From Terriglobia bacterium (GTDB taxonomy: Bacteria > Acidobacteriota > Terriglobia > 20CM-2-55-15): a DNA stretch of 64,000 nt. Below the pieces are notes generated by a model. It did no database searches and was not told the origin of the DNA. It worked only from the letters and a program-made list of their open reading frames with translations. The position numbers and the translations under genes were made by a program. Of this stretch, positions 63,908 through 64,000 are shown piece after piece. The stretch covers positions 64,001 through 128,000 of the forward strand of contig CBDCLE010000022.1 of assembly GCA_965218585.1 (NCBI GenBank), read 5' to 3'. How positions within the stretch are numbered: the first letter of the stretch is position 1; every line of letters starts with the position of its first letter.

Positions 63908-64000
63908 TCAGGCCAGGGGCGCAGTGAGCGTCCTGCTGCTGGTTGTTTCGGGTTCGGTCTGAATTGTGCTGAGCTGGTGGGTCCAGAGCCGGAGTTCCCA
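63908..64000 (-). CDS. Possible 3' end of a gene entering from the right edge
   Basis: Open frame WELRLWTHQL..TAPLA* of 31 codons only; no recognisable motif. Confidence 0.25.
   Translation of the reverse strand, partial: WELRLWTHQLSTIQTEPETTSSRTLTAPLA

Overview
Bacterial chromosomal window, GC-rich. The TonB-receptor architecture and gene content suggest Acidobacteriota (inference). Housekeeping blocks are a Cu-ATPase, acnA, gamma-CA-hisS-aspS-mutL-HU, tRNA-Leu-tig-clpP-clpX-lon-engB-rho, a P5C dehydrogenase and a tandem-domain thyX. The most unusual part is an ~18 kb accessory cluster (10.5-28.7 kb). It holds four radical SAM enzymes (two with non-canonical CX5CX2C and CX9CX2C motifs, two B12-binding), a Zn-dehydrogenase, three GT4 glycosyltransferases, a Maf/DUF115 protein and a sulfotransferase-cysC-cysQ module. 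A GT9-N-terminal-like domain recurs three times in it, and two candidate sigma54 promoters lie at its heads. It is probably an undescribed surface-glycan or glycolipid tailoring pathway. Three complete IS elements (IS1380, IS256, IS701) have readable terminal repeats and target duplications. Also present: a vapBC-type TA pair, a dispersed 3x8-mer repeat family, and a multi-hairpin lon-engB spacer with CAGGATG loops. About 11 single-base frameshifts (including in hisS) point to an error-prone, probably long-read, sequence. This weakens pseudogene calls and the three in-frame TGA codons found at probable Trp positions.
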